Shown here: in pieces, positions 36,101 to 51,800 of the stretch
Numbering within the stretch: position 1 is the stretch's first letter
Layout of the letters: every line of letters begins with the position of its first letter
NCBI GenBank assembly: GCA_007693835.1
Contig: RECW01000142.1
Coordinates: 36,887 to 100,886, forward strand
Direction of reading: 5' to 3'
Length of the DNA stretch: 64,000 nt
From: Paracoccaceae bacterium
GTDB taxonomy: Bacteria > Pseudomonadota > Alphaproteobacteria > Rhodobacterales > Rhodobacteraceae
Position numbers and translations under genes: made by a program
The notes under the pieces: generated by a model
Seen by the model: the letters and a program-made list of their open reading frames with translations, nothing else
Database searches by the model: none
Told to the model about the DNA's origin: nothing

Positions 36101-36733
36101 ATGGCGATGGTGGCGACCTTCGCCCAGCAGAAGGGCGGCTCCGGCAAGACCACGCTGCTGACGCAGGTCGCCGCGGCGCTGATCGCGGCCGGGCGGCGCG
36201 TGGCGCTGGTCGACCTCGACCCGCAGCGCAGCCTCGCCGGCTGGGTCGACGCGCGCGCCAGGGCGCGCCACGGCGAGCTCGACCTGGCGTTCTTCGAAAG
36301 CTCCGAGTGGCGCGCCTCCGGAGACATCCGGCGCGCAGGCGGTGAGGCCGACGTGGTGATGGTCGATTGTCCCGGCGCCGCCGACGTGCTGCTGCGCGCG
36401 GCGATGCGGGCGGCCGACCTCGTGGTGATCCCGGCGCAACCCTCCGCGCCCGACGCGTGGGCGACCCGGGCGACGCTGAAGATGGCCGCGCGCGAAGGCG
36501 CCCTCGCGCGCGTCGTGCTCAACCGCGTGCCGCCGCGGGGCGGACCCGGCGAGACGGTGGAGCGCCTGCTCCGCGACGAGGGCGCCGAGTTCGTCGAGAC
36601 CCGCATCGGCAACCGAATCGCCTTCGCCAACGCCTTTCTGGAGGGCCTCGGCGTCACGGAAACGCCGCGGGGCGGCAAGGCGGCCGAGGAGATTGCGGCG
36701 CTGACCGCGGAATTGCGCGCCGTTCTCGGCTAA
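36101..36733 (+). CDS. Small orphan ParA/MinD-superfamily ATPase (210 aa)
   Basis: Part of track ORF 35828..36733. ATG 36101 follows GGAGAAGG. Deviant Walker A QQKGGSGKTT, plus VDLDPQRS and VMVDCPG. Confidence 0.8.
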   Translation: MAMVATFAQQKGGSGKTTLLTQVAAALIAAGRRVALVDLDPQRSLAGWVDARARARHGELDLAFFESSEWRASGDIRRAGGEADVVMVDCPGAADVLLRAAMRAADLVVIPAQPSAPDAWATRATLKMAAREGALARVVLNRVPPRGGPGETVERLLRDEGAEFVETRIGNRIAFANAFLEGLGVTETPRGGKAAEEIAALTAELRAVLG

Positions 36734-36737
36734 GGGT

Positions 36738-36767
36738 TTGACAACCGGCCGTCGTCGGGCTTATAGC
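36738..36767 (+). promoter_or_regulatory. Sigma70-like promoter for rho
   Basis: TTGACA (36738-43), a 17-nt spacer, then TTATAG (36761-66). It lies about 95 nt upstream of the rho ATG. Confidence 0.5.
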
Positions 36768-36778
36768 CTGAGGGATCA

Positions 36779-36799
36779 AGCGCCTTGAAAACAGGCGCT
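36779..36799 (+). promoter_or_regulatory. Stem-loop in the rho 5' leader
   Basis: AGCGCCT-tgaaaac-AGGCGCT: a 7-bp stem with a 7-nt loop. Confidence 0.35.
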
Positions 36800-36858
36800 C
36801 CTGTCTCCTGTCATCGCTGGTCAGAGGCGGAAGCCCTCGCCGCGACGCAGCCCTCTGG

Positions 36859-38126
<1,268 letters not shown>

Positions 38127-38130
<4 letters not shown>

Positions 38131-39422
38131 GCGCAAGCGATATCGACACGATATTCGCGCTCGCCACGGCGCCCGGACGGGGCGCCATCGCCATCATCAG
38201 AGTTTCGGGGCCGGATTGCGCCGCGATCGCCGAGCGGCTGGCGGGCGGTTTCGCGTTCGACCGGCGGATGCGCCTGCGCGCGCTGCGCGATCCGGCGACC
38301 GGCGAGACGCTGGACTCGGCGCTCGTCGTCGGTTTTCCGGAGGGCGCGAGCTTCACCGGCGAGGCCATGACGGAGCTGCACCTGCACGGCGGGCGCGCCG
38401 TGGCTGCGGCGGTTATGCGCGCCCTCGCCGCGCTCGGCGCGCAGCCGGCGGCGCCAGGGGCGTTCTCGCGCCGGGCCTTCGACAACGGCAGGCTCGATCT
38501 GCTCGAGGCTGAAGGCGTCGCCCAGCTTGCTGCGGCGGAGACCGAGGCGCAGCGGCGCCTTGCGCTCTGGAGCCTCGGCGGCGCGGCGTCGGCGACCGTG
38601 GCGGCGTGGCGCGAGACGCTGGTCGAGGCGCTGGTGTGGTTCGAGGCCGACAGCGACTTCGGCGAGGAGGAACTCGGCGGCGGCGTCGCCGCGCCGGGTT
38701 ATGCGCGTGTGCGGGAGCTCGTGGCGCTGCTCGACGCGGCGCGCGCAAAGGGCGACGCCGCGGCGCGCATCCGCGAGGGCGCGCGGGTGGCGATCATCGG
38801 GCCGCCGAACGTCGGCAAGTCGAGCCTGATCAACGCGCTGGTGAAGCGCGACATCGCGATCACCTCGCCGATCGCGGGCACGACGCGCGACGCGCTGGAG
38901 GCCCGGTGCGAAGCCTTCGGCTTCGATCTGACGCTGGTGGATACGGCTGGTCTCCGCGTGACCGACGATCCCATCGAGGCCGTCGGCGTGGCGCGCGCGC
39001 AGGCGGCGGCCGAGACGGCCGACTTGCGCGTCTTCGTCTCGAGCCCGGAGGCGACGGCCGATCTGACGACGCGGCGATCCAGCGATCTGCATGTCGCCAA
39101 CAAGGCCGATCTCGGGTGCATCGGTGAGGACGCGGACTTCACCGTGTCGGCCGTGACGGGCGAGGGCCTCGATGCGTTGCTCGACGCCATCGGGGCGCGG
39201 ATCGTCGACGCCGGCGCGGCGCAGGGCGCGTTCTCCACGGCGCGCCACCTCGCCGCGCTCGACGGCGCGCGCGCGGCGCTGGCGCGCGCGGCGCAGGCGC
39301 CGCCGGAGATCGCGGCGGAGGAATGCCGTCTTGCGGCGCAGGCGCTCGACTCGTTGATCGGGCGGGTCGATGTGGAGCATATCCTCGACGGGGTGTTTTC
39401 GACGTTCTGCCTGGGGAAATGA
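38127..39422 (+). CDS. mnmE: tRNA modification GTPase MnmE
   Basis: The ATG overlaps the rho TGA (ATGA). N-terminus [23 protein letters not shown]-domain motifs [14 protein letters not shown] and NKAD. C-terminal FCLGK. Confidence 0.93.
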
Positions 39423-41281
39423 CCATGGCCGCAGACCGGGAGTTCGACGTGGTGGTGGTGGGCGGGGGCCACGCCGGCGCCGAGGCGGCGCACGCCGCGT
39501 GGCGGCGCGGCGCCCGCGTCGCTCTGGTGACGCTGCGCCGCGACCAGCTCGGCGTGCTGTCCTGCAATCCGGCGGTCGGCGGCGTCGGCAAGGGCCACCT
39601 CGTGCGGGAGATCGACGCCCTCGACGGTCTGATCGGGCGGGTCGCCGACGCGGCGGCGATCCAACTGCGGCTTCTGAACCGGCGGAAAGGGCCAGCGGTG
39701 CGCGGGCCGCGGGCGCAGTGCGACCGGGCGCTCTACAAGCGGGCGATGCAGGCGGCGCTCAGCGGCCTCGACGGGCTGGAGATCGTCGAAGGCATGGTCG
39801 AAGGCCTGTCGCTGACGAAGGGCGCGGTCGACGGGGTGATGATGCAGGGCGGCGTGCGCCTCGCCGCGCGAACCGTGGTTGTGACCACGGGCACGTTCCT
39901 GCGCGGCGTCATCCATGTCGGGCGGACACAGAACGCCGGCGGGCGGATCGGCGACCCCGCCGCCGTCGGCTTGTCCGACGCGCTCCGCGACGCCGGGCTG
40001 ACGCTCGGTCGGCTGAAGACCGGGACGCCGCCGCGCTTGACCGCGGCGAGCATCGACTGGGCGCGCCTCGCCCCGCAGCCGGGGGACGAGGCGCCGATGA
40101 TGCTGTCGTTCCTGAACGACGCGCCGCAGGCCCGACAGGTCTGCTGCCACATCACCCACACCAATCCCACGACGCACGACATCATTCGGGCGAACCTCGA
40201 CCAGTCGGCGATGTTCTCCGGCGCCATCGAGGGGGTGGGGCCGCGCTACTGCCCCTCCATCGAAGACAAGGTCACGCGCTTCCGCGACAAGGACTCCCAT
40301 CAGATATTCCTCGAGCCGGAGGGGCTCGACAGCGACCTGATCTACCCGAACGGCATCTCCACGTCGCTGCCGGCGCCGGTGCAGGAGACCTACGTCCGCT
40401 CCATCGCAGGGCTGGAGCGCGCCGAGATCGCGCAGCCGGGCTACGCCATCGAATACGACTACGTGGATCCGCGGGCGCTCGACGCGACGCTCGCGGTCCG
40501 GGCCTTGCCCGGGCTGTGGCTTGCGGGGCAGATCAACGGGACCACGGGCTACGAGGAGGCCGCGGCGCAGGGGCTGGTCGCGGGTCTCAACGCGGCGGCG
40601 CGGGCGCTGAATCTGGCGCCGGCGACGTTCTCGCGGGCCGACTCCTATATCGGCGTGCTCGTAGACGACATCACAAGCCGCGGCGTCACCGAACCCTACC
40701 GCATGTTCACCTCGCGCGCGGAGTTCCGGCTCTCCCTGCGCGCCGACAACGCCGACCTGCGGCTGACGCCGTTTGGAGACGGGCTCGGGTGTGTTTCGGC
40801 CGCACGGCGGGCGGCGTTCGAGGCCCGGCGCGAGGCGGTCGAGACCGGGCGAGCCGCGCTCGCGGCTCGCGTGTTGACAGGAGACGAGGCGGCGGCCGTG
40901 GGCATGACGCCGCGCGCCGATGGGCGGCGCTTGACGGGTGTCGATGTTCTCGCGAGTGCGGAGGACGGCTGGGCCCGTCTCGAAACGTTGGCCCTCGCAG
41001 CGCCCGAGCGCAGCGTCGCGGAGACGCTGGAGGGGGATGCGCGCTATGGCGGCTATGTGGCGCGGCAGGCGCGGGAGATCGCGCGGGTGCGCGCCGATGA
41101 AGCCCGGCCGCTGCCGCGCGACCTCGATTATCGCGCCATCTCGGGCCTCTCCAACGAAGTCGCGGAGCGTCTGTCGCAAGCCCGGCCGGAGACAGTGGGC
41201 CAGGCGGCGCGGATCGAGGGCGTGACGCCGGCGGCCGTGCTGCTGCTCGCGGCGGTGTCGCGCCGTCGCGCCGCGGCATGA
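39419..41281 (+). CDS. mnmG: tRNA uridine 5-carboxymethylaminomethyl modification enzyme MnmG (GidA)
   Basis: Part of track ORF 39323..41281. ATG 39419 overlaps the mnmE TGA. FAD fingerprint [15 protein letters not shown]. Blocks SCNPAVGG and [11 protein letters not shown]. Confidence 0.95.
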   Translation: MTMAADREFDVVVVGGGHAGAEAAHAAWRRGARVALVTLRRDQLGVLSCNPAVGGVGKGHLVREIDALDGLIGRVADAAAIQLRLLNRRKGPAVRGPRAQCDRALYKRAMQAALSGLDGLEIVEGMVEGLSLTKGAVDGVMMQGGVRLAARTVVVTTGTFLRGVIHVGRTQNAGGRIGDPAAVGLSDALRDAGLTLGRLKTGTPPRLTAASIDWARLAPQPGDEAPMMLSFLNDAPQARQVCCHITHTNPTTHDIIRANLDQSAMFSGAIEGVGPRYCPSIEDKVTRFRDKDSHQIFLEPEGLDSDLIYPNGISTSLPAPVQETYVRSIAGLERAEIAQPGYAIEYDYVDPRALDATLAVRALPGLWLAGQINGTTGYEEAAAQGLVAGLNAAARALNLAPATFSRADSYIGVLVDDITSRGVTEPYRMFTSRAEFRLSLRADNADLRLTPFGDGLGCVSAARRAAFEARREAVETGRAALAARVLTGDEAAAVGMTPRADGRRLTGVDVLASAEDGWARLETLALAAPERSVAETLEGDARYGGYVARQAREIARVRADEARPLPRDLDYRAISGLSNEVAERLSQARPETVGQAARIEGVTPAAVLLLAAVSRRRAAA

Positions 41282-41913
41282 CGGCCGCCGACGACCGGGC
41301 ATGGGTCGCGGCGACGTTCGATGTTTCACGTGAAACACTGGCGCGGCTCGACGTCTACGTCGCTCTGTTGGCGCGGTGGTCCGGCGCCATCAACCTGGTG
41401 GCGCGCAGCACGCTCGACGCCGTGTGGCGCCGCCACATCGCGGACAGCGCACAGCTGTTCGCTCTGGCGCCCGCCACGGCGCGAACCTGGATCGATCTCG
41501 GCGCAGGCGCCGGGTTGCCCGCGCTGGTTATCGCCGCCCTCGCGCAGGGCGCCCGGCGCCAAATGAGCTTGACCGCGGTCGAGAGCGACACGCGGAAGTG
41601 CGCCTTCATGGCCACTGCCGCGCGGGAGATGGGTGTTGCGATCGATGTTCGACCTGCGCGCGTCGAGGCTGTGGCCGGGGCGTTCGACGTCGTCTCGGCC
41701 CGCGCCTTCGCGCCGCTCCCGGTTCTCCTCGCCCACGCCGCGCGCTTGCTCGCGGTGGACGGCGTCGCCCTGTTTCCCAAGGGCGCGCAGGCGGAAGGTG
41801 AATTGACGGCGGCCCGCGAAAGGTGGACATTCGACTTGCGCCGTCACCCCAGCGTGACCGACAGACAAGCGTCCATTCTCGCCGTCAGGGAGATCGTCGA
41901 TGGCCGTAGCTGA
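41278..41913 (+). CDS. rsmG: 16S rRNA m7G527 methyltransferase RsmG (GidB)
   Basis: The ATG overlaps the mnmG TGA. Blocks [16 protein letters not shown] and the SAM site DLGAGAGLP. Confidence 0.9.
   Translation: MTAADDRAWVAATFDVSRETLARLDVYVALLARWSGAINLVARSTLDAVWRRHIADSAQLFALAPATARTWIDLGAGAGLPALVIAALAQGARRQMSLTAVESDTRKCAFMATAAREMGVAIDVRPARVEAVAGAFDVVSARAFAPLPVLLAHAARLLAVDGVALFPKGAQAEGELTAARERWTFDLRRHPSVTDRQASILAVREIVDGRS
41322..41337. other. parS: parS centromere site, perfect 16-bp palindrome TGTTTCACGTGAAACA
   Basis: An exact match to the canonical chromosomal parS consensus, read directly. It lies in codons D-V-S-R-E-T of rsmG, 580 bp upstream of parA. Confidence 0.88.
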
Positions 41914-42706
41914 TCGCGGACCGGCGCCGCGCATCCTCGCCGTGGCGAACCAGAAGGGCGGCGTGGGAAAGACGACGACGGCGATCAATCTCGCCACGGC
42001 CCTCGCAGCGGTCGGGCGGCAGGTGCTGATCCTCGATCTGGACCCGCAGGGCAACGCGTCCACCGGGCTCGGACTGCCGCCGCGGCGTCGGGGGCGCACG
42101 ACCTACGACATTCTCGTCGGAGAGGCGAAGGTCGCCGAGGCGGCCGCCGCCACGGCGGTGCCAGGTCTGTCGATCGCACCGGGTTCGCCGGAGTTGAGCG
42201 GCCTGGAGATCGAGTTGGCGAACGCGACGGATCGCAACCGCCGGCTCGCTGCGGCGCTCGCGGCGTGGCGCGGCCCGTGCGATTTCGTGCTGATCGACTG
42301 CCCGCCGGCGTTGAACGTGCTGACCGTCAACGCCATGGCGGCGGCGGATTCGGTGCTCGTGCCTCTGCAGTGCGAGTTCTTCGCGCTGGAGGGCCTGTCG
42401 CAGCTGCTGTCGACCGTCGAGCGGGTGAAGGGCGCCTTGAACCCGCGTCTCACCATCGAAGGGGTCGTGCTGACCATGTACGACCGCCGCAACAACCTTT
42501 CCGCGCAGGTCGCCGACGATGTGCGCGACACGCTTGGCGACGTGGTCTACGAGACGGTCATTCCCCGCAACGTGCGCCTGTCGGAGGCGCCGTCGCACGC
42601 TGTGCCGGCGCTGATCTACGATCACGGTTGCTCCGGCAGCCAAGCCTATATCAGGCTCGCTGGCGAAATATTGAGGCGGCGCGCGCCGCTCGCCAACGCA
42701 TCTTGA
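41900..42706 (+). CDS. parA: Chromosome partitioning ATPase ParA
   Basis: 268 aa. Blocks NQKGGVGKTTTAINLA, LDLDPQGNAS and IDCPPAL. It overlaps rsmG by 14 nt. Confidence 0.93.
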   Translation: MAVADRGPAPRILAVANQKGGVGKTTTAINLATALAAVGRQVLILDLDPQGNASTGLGLPPRRRGRTTYDILVGEAKVAEAAAATAVPGLSIAPGSPELSGLEIELANATDRNRRLAAALAAWRGPCDFVLIDCPPALNVLTVNAMAAADSVLVPLQCEFFALEGLSQLLSTVERVKGALNPRLTIEGVVLTMYDRRNNLSAQVADDVRDTLGDVVYETVIPRNVRLSEAPSHAVPALIYDHGCSGSQAYIRLAGEILRRRAPLANAS

Positions 42707-42716
42707 GGAAAGAACC

Positions 42717-43583
42717 ATGAGCGACGCGCCGCGACGCAAGGGGCTCGGCCGAGGCCTGGCGGCTCTGCTCGATGAAGTGACGCCGCCCGCCGACCCGGCG
42801 TCGGCGACCGAAGTCGACATCGACCTTCTGAGTCCGAACCCCGACCAGCCGCGCAAGCGCTTCGAGCCGGAGGAGCTGGAGGCGCTCGCGCAGTCGGTGC
42901 GGGAGAAGGGCGTCATCCAGCCGTTGATCGTGCGGCCGGATCCGGGAGCGGAAGGCCGGTTCCAGATCGTCGCGGGAGAGCGGCGCTGGCGCGCGGCGCA
43001 GATGGCGGGGCGCCCGCGCGTGCCGATCGTGGTGCGGCGCTTCGATGACGCCGAAGTGCTGGAAGTCGCGATCCTCGAGAACGTGCAGCGCGCCGACCTG
43101 AACCCGATCGAGGAGGCGTCGGGCTACCAGCAGCTGATCGACCGCTTCGGCCACACCCAGGAAAAGATCGCCCAGGTCGTCGGCAAGAGTCGGAGCCATA
43201 TCGCGAACTGTCTGCGCCTGCTCGCCCTGCCGGAAGACGTTAAGGCGCTCACCCGTTCGGGCGCGCTCAGCGCCGGACATGCCCGCGCCGTGCTCGCGAC
43301 GCGCGACCCGAGCGCGCTGGCGCAGCGCGTGGTGGCGCAGGGGTTGTCGGTGCGGGAGACGGAGGCCGCGGCGCGGCAGGAGGCGGAGGCGAAGCCGCGG
43401 GCGGCTAAGGGTCCGAGAGGCGACGCGGACACACGGGCGCTGGAGGCGGACTTGTCGGCGGCGCTGGGTTTGTCAGTCCGGATCGCCCATCGCGCCGACG
43501 GTTCGGGCGCGCTCTCCATCCGGTATCGGTCGCTCGACGAGCTCGACGGGCTTTGCGGTCTGCTCGGCCGGGGCGCCGACTGA
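42717..43583 (+). CDS. parB: Chromosome partitioning protein ParB
   Basis: 288 aa. Blocks GLGRGLAALL, QPRKRF, GERRWRAA and the HTH block GHTQEKIAQVVGKSRSHIAN. Confidence 0.93.
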   Translation: MSDAPRRKGLGRGLAALLDEVTPPADPASATEVDIDLLSPNPDQPRKRFEPEELEALAQSVREKGVIQPLIVRPDPGAEGRFQIVAGERRWRAAQMAGRPRVPIVVRRFDDAEVLEVAILENVQRADLNPIEEASGYQQLIDRFGHTQEKIAQVVGKSRSHIANCLRLLALPEDVKALTRSGALSAGHARAVLATRDPSALAQRVVAQGLSVRETEAAARQEAEAKPRAAKGPRGDADTRALEADLSAALGLSVRIAHRADGSGALSIRYRSLDELDGLCGLLGRGAD

Positions 43584-43603
43584 CGCCCCGGCCGCTGTCG
43601 TCG

Positions 43604-45445
<1,842 letters not shown>

Positions 45446-45580
45446 TGGTTTCTCCATCCGAGGGGCGGCGGGGAGCCTAAAGAAACCAACGGAGATGAAC
45501 ATCCTGCTTTCGTTGCGGTGCGTCGTCGCGTTCGCGGCGGCGCGGCGCGCGCCGCCGGCGCCCGAAGCGTCGGCGTGAAA

Positions 45581-45609
45581 CTTGCGGCGAAAAGGGGGCC
45601 GCCATATAT
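45581..45609 (+). promoter_or_regulatory. Candidate RpoH (sigma32)-type heat-shock promoter for dnaK
   Basis: CTTG (45581-84), 17 nt, then CCATATAT (45602-09). It lies about 104 nt upstream of the dnaK ATG and resembles CTTGAA...CCCCATnT. Confidence 0.4.
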
Positions 45610-45712
45610 CGCCGTGAACGTCGAGGGGCCCCGCGGCAGCGGGCTCCGGGATGGGGTGCGGGGGCCGCGCCGCGGACCTGCGCCCGCAATCGCCGAATAT
45701 GGAGAGGACGTC

Positions 45713-47629
<1,917 letters not shown>

Positions 47630-47653
47630 TCCCCCCACGCCGACCGGACCGGC

Positions 47654-47689
47654 GGCCCCGCCCGCGACGCCAGGCGTCGGGGCGGGGCC
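47654..47689 (+). promoter_or_regulatory. Long GC-rich stem-loop between dnaK and dnaJ (about 17 bp with one bulge, no U-tract)
   Basis: GGCCCCGCCCGCGACGCC-a-GGCGTCGGGGCGGGGCC at 47654-47689. Confidence 0.5.
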
Positions 47690-47721
47690 GTGCGCCGTTC
47701 GGCTCTGACCGAGAGTGAGAG

Positions 47722-48870
47722 ATGGCGCAACGCGACTTCTACGAGACGCTTGGCGTGGCGCGCGGCGCGTCCGAGGACGACATCAAGAAGGCCTACCGCA
47801 AGCTCGCCAAGGAGCTGCACCCCGACCGCAACAAGGACGACGCCTCCGCCGAGGCGAAGTTCAAGGAGGTGAACGCCGCCTACGAGGTGCTGAAGGATCC
47901 GCAGAAACGCGCGGCCTACGACCAGTTCGGCCACGCCGCGTTCCAGAACGGGATGGGCGGCGGACGGCCCGGCGGCGGCCCCGGCGGAGCGGATTTCGCC
48001 TCCGCCTTCTCGGATGTCTTCGACGACCTGTTCGGCGACTTCGTCGGCGCCGGCCGGCGCGGGGCCGCAGGCGGCCAGCGGCGCACCCGCGGGGCGGATC
48101 TCCGCTACAACCTGACCATCACCCTCGAAGAGGCGTTCGCCGGCAAGCAGACGACGATCACCGTGCCGGGCTCGGCCACCTGCTCGGGCTGCGACGGCAC
48201 CGGCAGCGAGGGCGGCGCGCAGCCGCAGACCTGCCCGACGTGTCAGGGCATGGGCAAGGTCCGCGCGCAGCAGGGCTTCTTCACCATCGAGCGCACCTGC
48301 CCGACGTGCATGGGCCGCGGCCAGATCGTCAAGAACCCCTGCAAGGTCTGCAAGGGCGCCGGTCGGGTGCCCAAGGAGCGGGCGCTGCAGGTGCAGATCC
48401 CCATGGGCGTCGAGGACGGCACGCGCATCCGGCTCGCCGGCGAAGGCGAGGCGGGCTTGCGCGGCGGGCCGCCGGGCGACCTCTACATCTTCATCGAGAT
48501 CGCGCCCCACAAGCTGTTCCAGCGCGAGGGCATGGATCTTCACTGCCGCATCCCGGTGCCGATGACCACCGCAGCCCTCGGCGGCGAGATCGAGGCGCCG
48601 CAGCTCGACGGCGGCCGCAGCCGGGTGAAGATCCCCGCCGGCGCCCAGTCGGGCAAGCAGCTGCGGCTGCGCGGCAAGGGCATGCCCCAGCTCCGCGGCG
48701 GGCGCTACGGCGACCTCTACCTCGAATTGCAGGTCGAGACGCCGGTGAACCTCTCGGCGCGCCAGAAGGAGCTGTTGCAGGAGTTCGAGAGCGCCGGCGG
48801 CGACAACAGCCCCGACAGCCGGGACTTTTTCTCCAAGGTCAAGGACTTCTGGGACGGCATGACCGGGTGA
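47722..48870 (+). CDS. dnaJ: Co-chaperone DnaJ
   Basis: 382 aa. J-domain DFYETLGV...HPDRN, a G/F-rich region, and four CxxCxGxG zinc-finger repeats. Confidence 0.95.
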   Translation: MAQRDFYETLGVARGASEDDIKKAYRKLAKELHPDRNKDDASAEAKFKEVNAAYEVLKDPQKRAAYDQFGHAAFQNGMGGGRPGGGPGGADFASAFSDVFDDLFGDFVGAGRRGAAGGQRRTRGADLRYNLTITLEEAFAGKQTTITVPGSATCSGCDGTGSEGGAQPQTCPTCQGMGKVRAQQGFFTIERTCPTCMGRGQIVKNPCKVCKGAGRVPKERALQVQIPMGVEDGTRIRLAGEGEAGLRGGPPGDLYIFIEIAPHKLFQREGMDLHCRIPVPMTTAALGGEIEAPQLDGGRSRVKIPAGAQSGKQLRLRGKGMPQLRGGRYGDLYLELQVETPVNLSARQKELLQEFESAGGDNSPDSRDFFSKVKDFWDGMTG

Positions 48871-48880
48871 GCGGCCCCGC

Positions 48881-51800
48881 TCACTCCGCCGCTTCGGCGT
48901 AGGCCAGCGGCGGCACGGGCGGCGTCGGGTCGTGCCAGATCAGTTCCGGCGCCGGCGTGCGCGCCGCCTCGCGCATGAGCCGCCGGTCCGCCAGCGCCGC
49001 CCCGAAGCCGCCCGCCGCCAGCAGCGCGGCCACCCCGCGCCAGAACCAGACCCGCGCCGCCAGCGCCGCCGGCGTCACCACCAGCGTCAGCACCGTCGAC
49101 AGCGCGAGGCCCGACACCACCGCGGTGGACAGCTGCACCCACCAGAGCGCCGCCGGCGCGCCCCACGTCAGCACCGAATCCGACAGGGCGCGCCATCCCT
49201 CGGCGCCGAACGGGCCGGCCGCGAACAGGGCCGCGAAGCCCGGTCCTATGCCGCGCAGTTCGATGCTGGCCGCCAGCGTCATCGGCGCGAGCCCCGCGAT
49301 GGTGGTGATCGTGGTCAGCAGCACCGGGCGGATGCGCTGCTCGGCGGTGCGCAGGATCGCCTCCAGCGGCGGCTGGGTGGCGGAGAACTCGCGGAAGGTG
49401 TCGATCAGCACGATGTTGTTGTTCACCACGATCCCGGCCAGCGCCACGATCCCGGTGCCGGTCATGATGATCGAGAGCGGCTGGCCGGTCACCAGCATCC
49501 CGATCAGCACTCCCGTCACCGACAGCACCACCGCGCTCAGCACCAGCGCGCTGTTGTAGAGGCTGTTGAACTGCGCCAGCAGGATCACGAACATCAGCCC
49601 GAGCGCCGCGCTGAAGGCGACCATCAGGAAGCGCTGGCTCTCCGCCTGCTCCTCCTGATCGCCCTGGAAGACCGGGCGCACCCCGTCGATCGGGTTATCC
49701 GCGAGGCCGGCGGCGAGAGCGGCGATCCGCTCGTTGGCGTTGAAGCCGGGCGCGACGTCGGCGTTCACGGTCATGAACCGCACGCCGTCGAAGCGCTGGA
49801 TCTCCGCGAGCGCCGGCCGCGGCGCGACGGTCACGAAGTTGCCGATGGGCACGAGGCCGGTCGCAGTGCGGATGCGCAGCGTCTCCAGCGTCGAGAGCAC
49901 GCGGTCGGATTCGGGGAAACGGACGCGGACGTCGATCTCGTCGTCGCTGTCGGCGGGGCGGATGGTGTCGATCAGCGCGCCGCGGGTGACGAGCTGCACC
50001 AGCAGCCCGGTGCCGGTGATGTCGGCCCCGAACCGGCCGGCCGCCTCGCGGTCGACCGTCACCTCCCAGTCGATGCCGGGCAGCGGGCGGGTGTCGTCGA
50101 CGTTGACGAGCCCGCCGAGCGCCTCGAAGCGGGCGCGGGCCTCGGCGGCGGCGGCGCTCAGCACGTCGAGGTCGTTCGCCTCGAGCCTGAGCTGGATCGG
50201 CTTGCCCTGCTGCGGCCCGTCGCGCCGCAGCGCGAGTTCGGTGATCACGCCGGGCGTATCCGCGACGCGCCGCTCGACCTCCGCCATCACCTCGGGGCCG
50301 GGGGGCCGCCGGTTCCATGGGGCGAGTTCGATCTGGATCTGGCCGACGGCGTCCTTGGGGCCGGGCGCGCCGATGGTCTGGAGTCCGCTCGCGCCGGCGA
50401 AGGCGAAGACCGACTCGACCCCCTCGACGTCCATCACCCGCCGCTCGACCGCCGCCACCAGCCGGTCCTTCTCGGTCAGCGAGAGGTTGCCGCGCGCGCG
50501 GACGTGGACGATGGCCCGCTCGGGTTCGGTGTCGACGAAGAACTCCACGCCGTTGTTGTGCTCGGCGTAGAACGTCACCACGCCGACGACGAAGACGCCC
50601 GCGGCCGCGAGGGCCGCGAACGGGCCGACCGGATTGGTCACGATGGGCGAGAGAATGCGGCCGAACAGCGTCCGCCGCCCGGGCGCGGCGACCGGCGGCG
50701 GGCGGCGCCGGCGGCCGAAGAGGCGGCCGAGCCCCGCCGCCGCGCGGCCCGTCACCACGCCGAGCACCGGCAGGAAGACCAGCGCCACCACCAGCGAGGC
50801 GGACAGCACGAAGATCAGCGTGCGCGGCAGGTTGCCCATGAACTGCCCCGGTATGCCCGGCCAGAACAGCATCGGCAGGAAGGCGCAGAGCGTCGTCGCG
50901 GTGGAGCTGGCGATGGGCCAGAACATGCGCTTGGCCGCGCCGGCGTAGGCCTCCTCCGGCGTCGCGCCCTCCGAGAGCCGCCGGTCGGCGTATTCGCTGA
51001 CCACGATGGCCCCGTCGACCAGCATGCCGACCGCGAGGATCAGGCCGAACATGACCATGTTGTTGAGCGTCAGCCCGAACACGGCCAGCGCGAGGAAGGC
51101 GAAAAGGAACGACGTCGGGATCGAGAGGCCCACCAGCGCCGCCGGCCGCGGGCCGAGGGTCGCCACCACCACCAGCATCACCAGCGCCACCGCGAGCGCG
51201 ACGGCCCCTTCCAGCTGGGCCACCATGTCGGTGACCGAGCGCGACTCGTCCATCGCGTAGGTCACCGACACCGCCTCGCGCAGCGCTTCGGGCCAGAGGG
51301 CGCGGGCCGCCTCCAGCCGCGCCTTCACCTGCGCCACGGTGTCGACGATGTTCTCGCCCGTGCGCTGCTTGACCTGGAGCGCGATGGCGGGCGCGCCGTT
51401 GAACCGCGCCACGCCTGTCGCGTCCTCGAAGGTGCGGCGGATCTCGGCGATGTCGCGGAGCGTCACGACGCGGTCGCCGGACACGCGGATCGGCGTCGCG
51501 TAGATGTCGTCGGCCGTCTCGAAGTTTCCGGGCAGGCGCACCGAGAAGCGCCCGGCCGCGCCCTCCACGGCGCCGGCCGGCACCACGCGGTTGTTCGCGG
51601 AGACCACGCGCAGCAGATCCTCGGCGGTCACGTTGAAGGCTTCGAGCCGCAGCGGGTCGATCAGCACCTCGACCATCTCGTCGCGCTGGCCGGCGAGACC
51701 CACCTCGAGCACCGGCGGCAGCGCTTCGAGGTCGCGCTGCAGATCGCGGGCGAGGCGCTGGAGGGTGCGCTCGGGCGCGTCGCCGGAGAGGGCGACGACG

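Noticed and set aside
45446-45712. CIRCE/HrcA operator or ROSE element upstream of dnaK
   Set aside because: No TTAGCACTC-N9-GAGTGCTAA-like inverted repeat and no ROSE-like hairpin masking the SD was seen.
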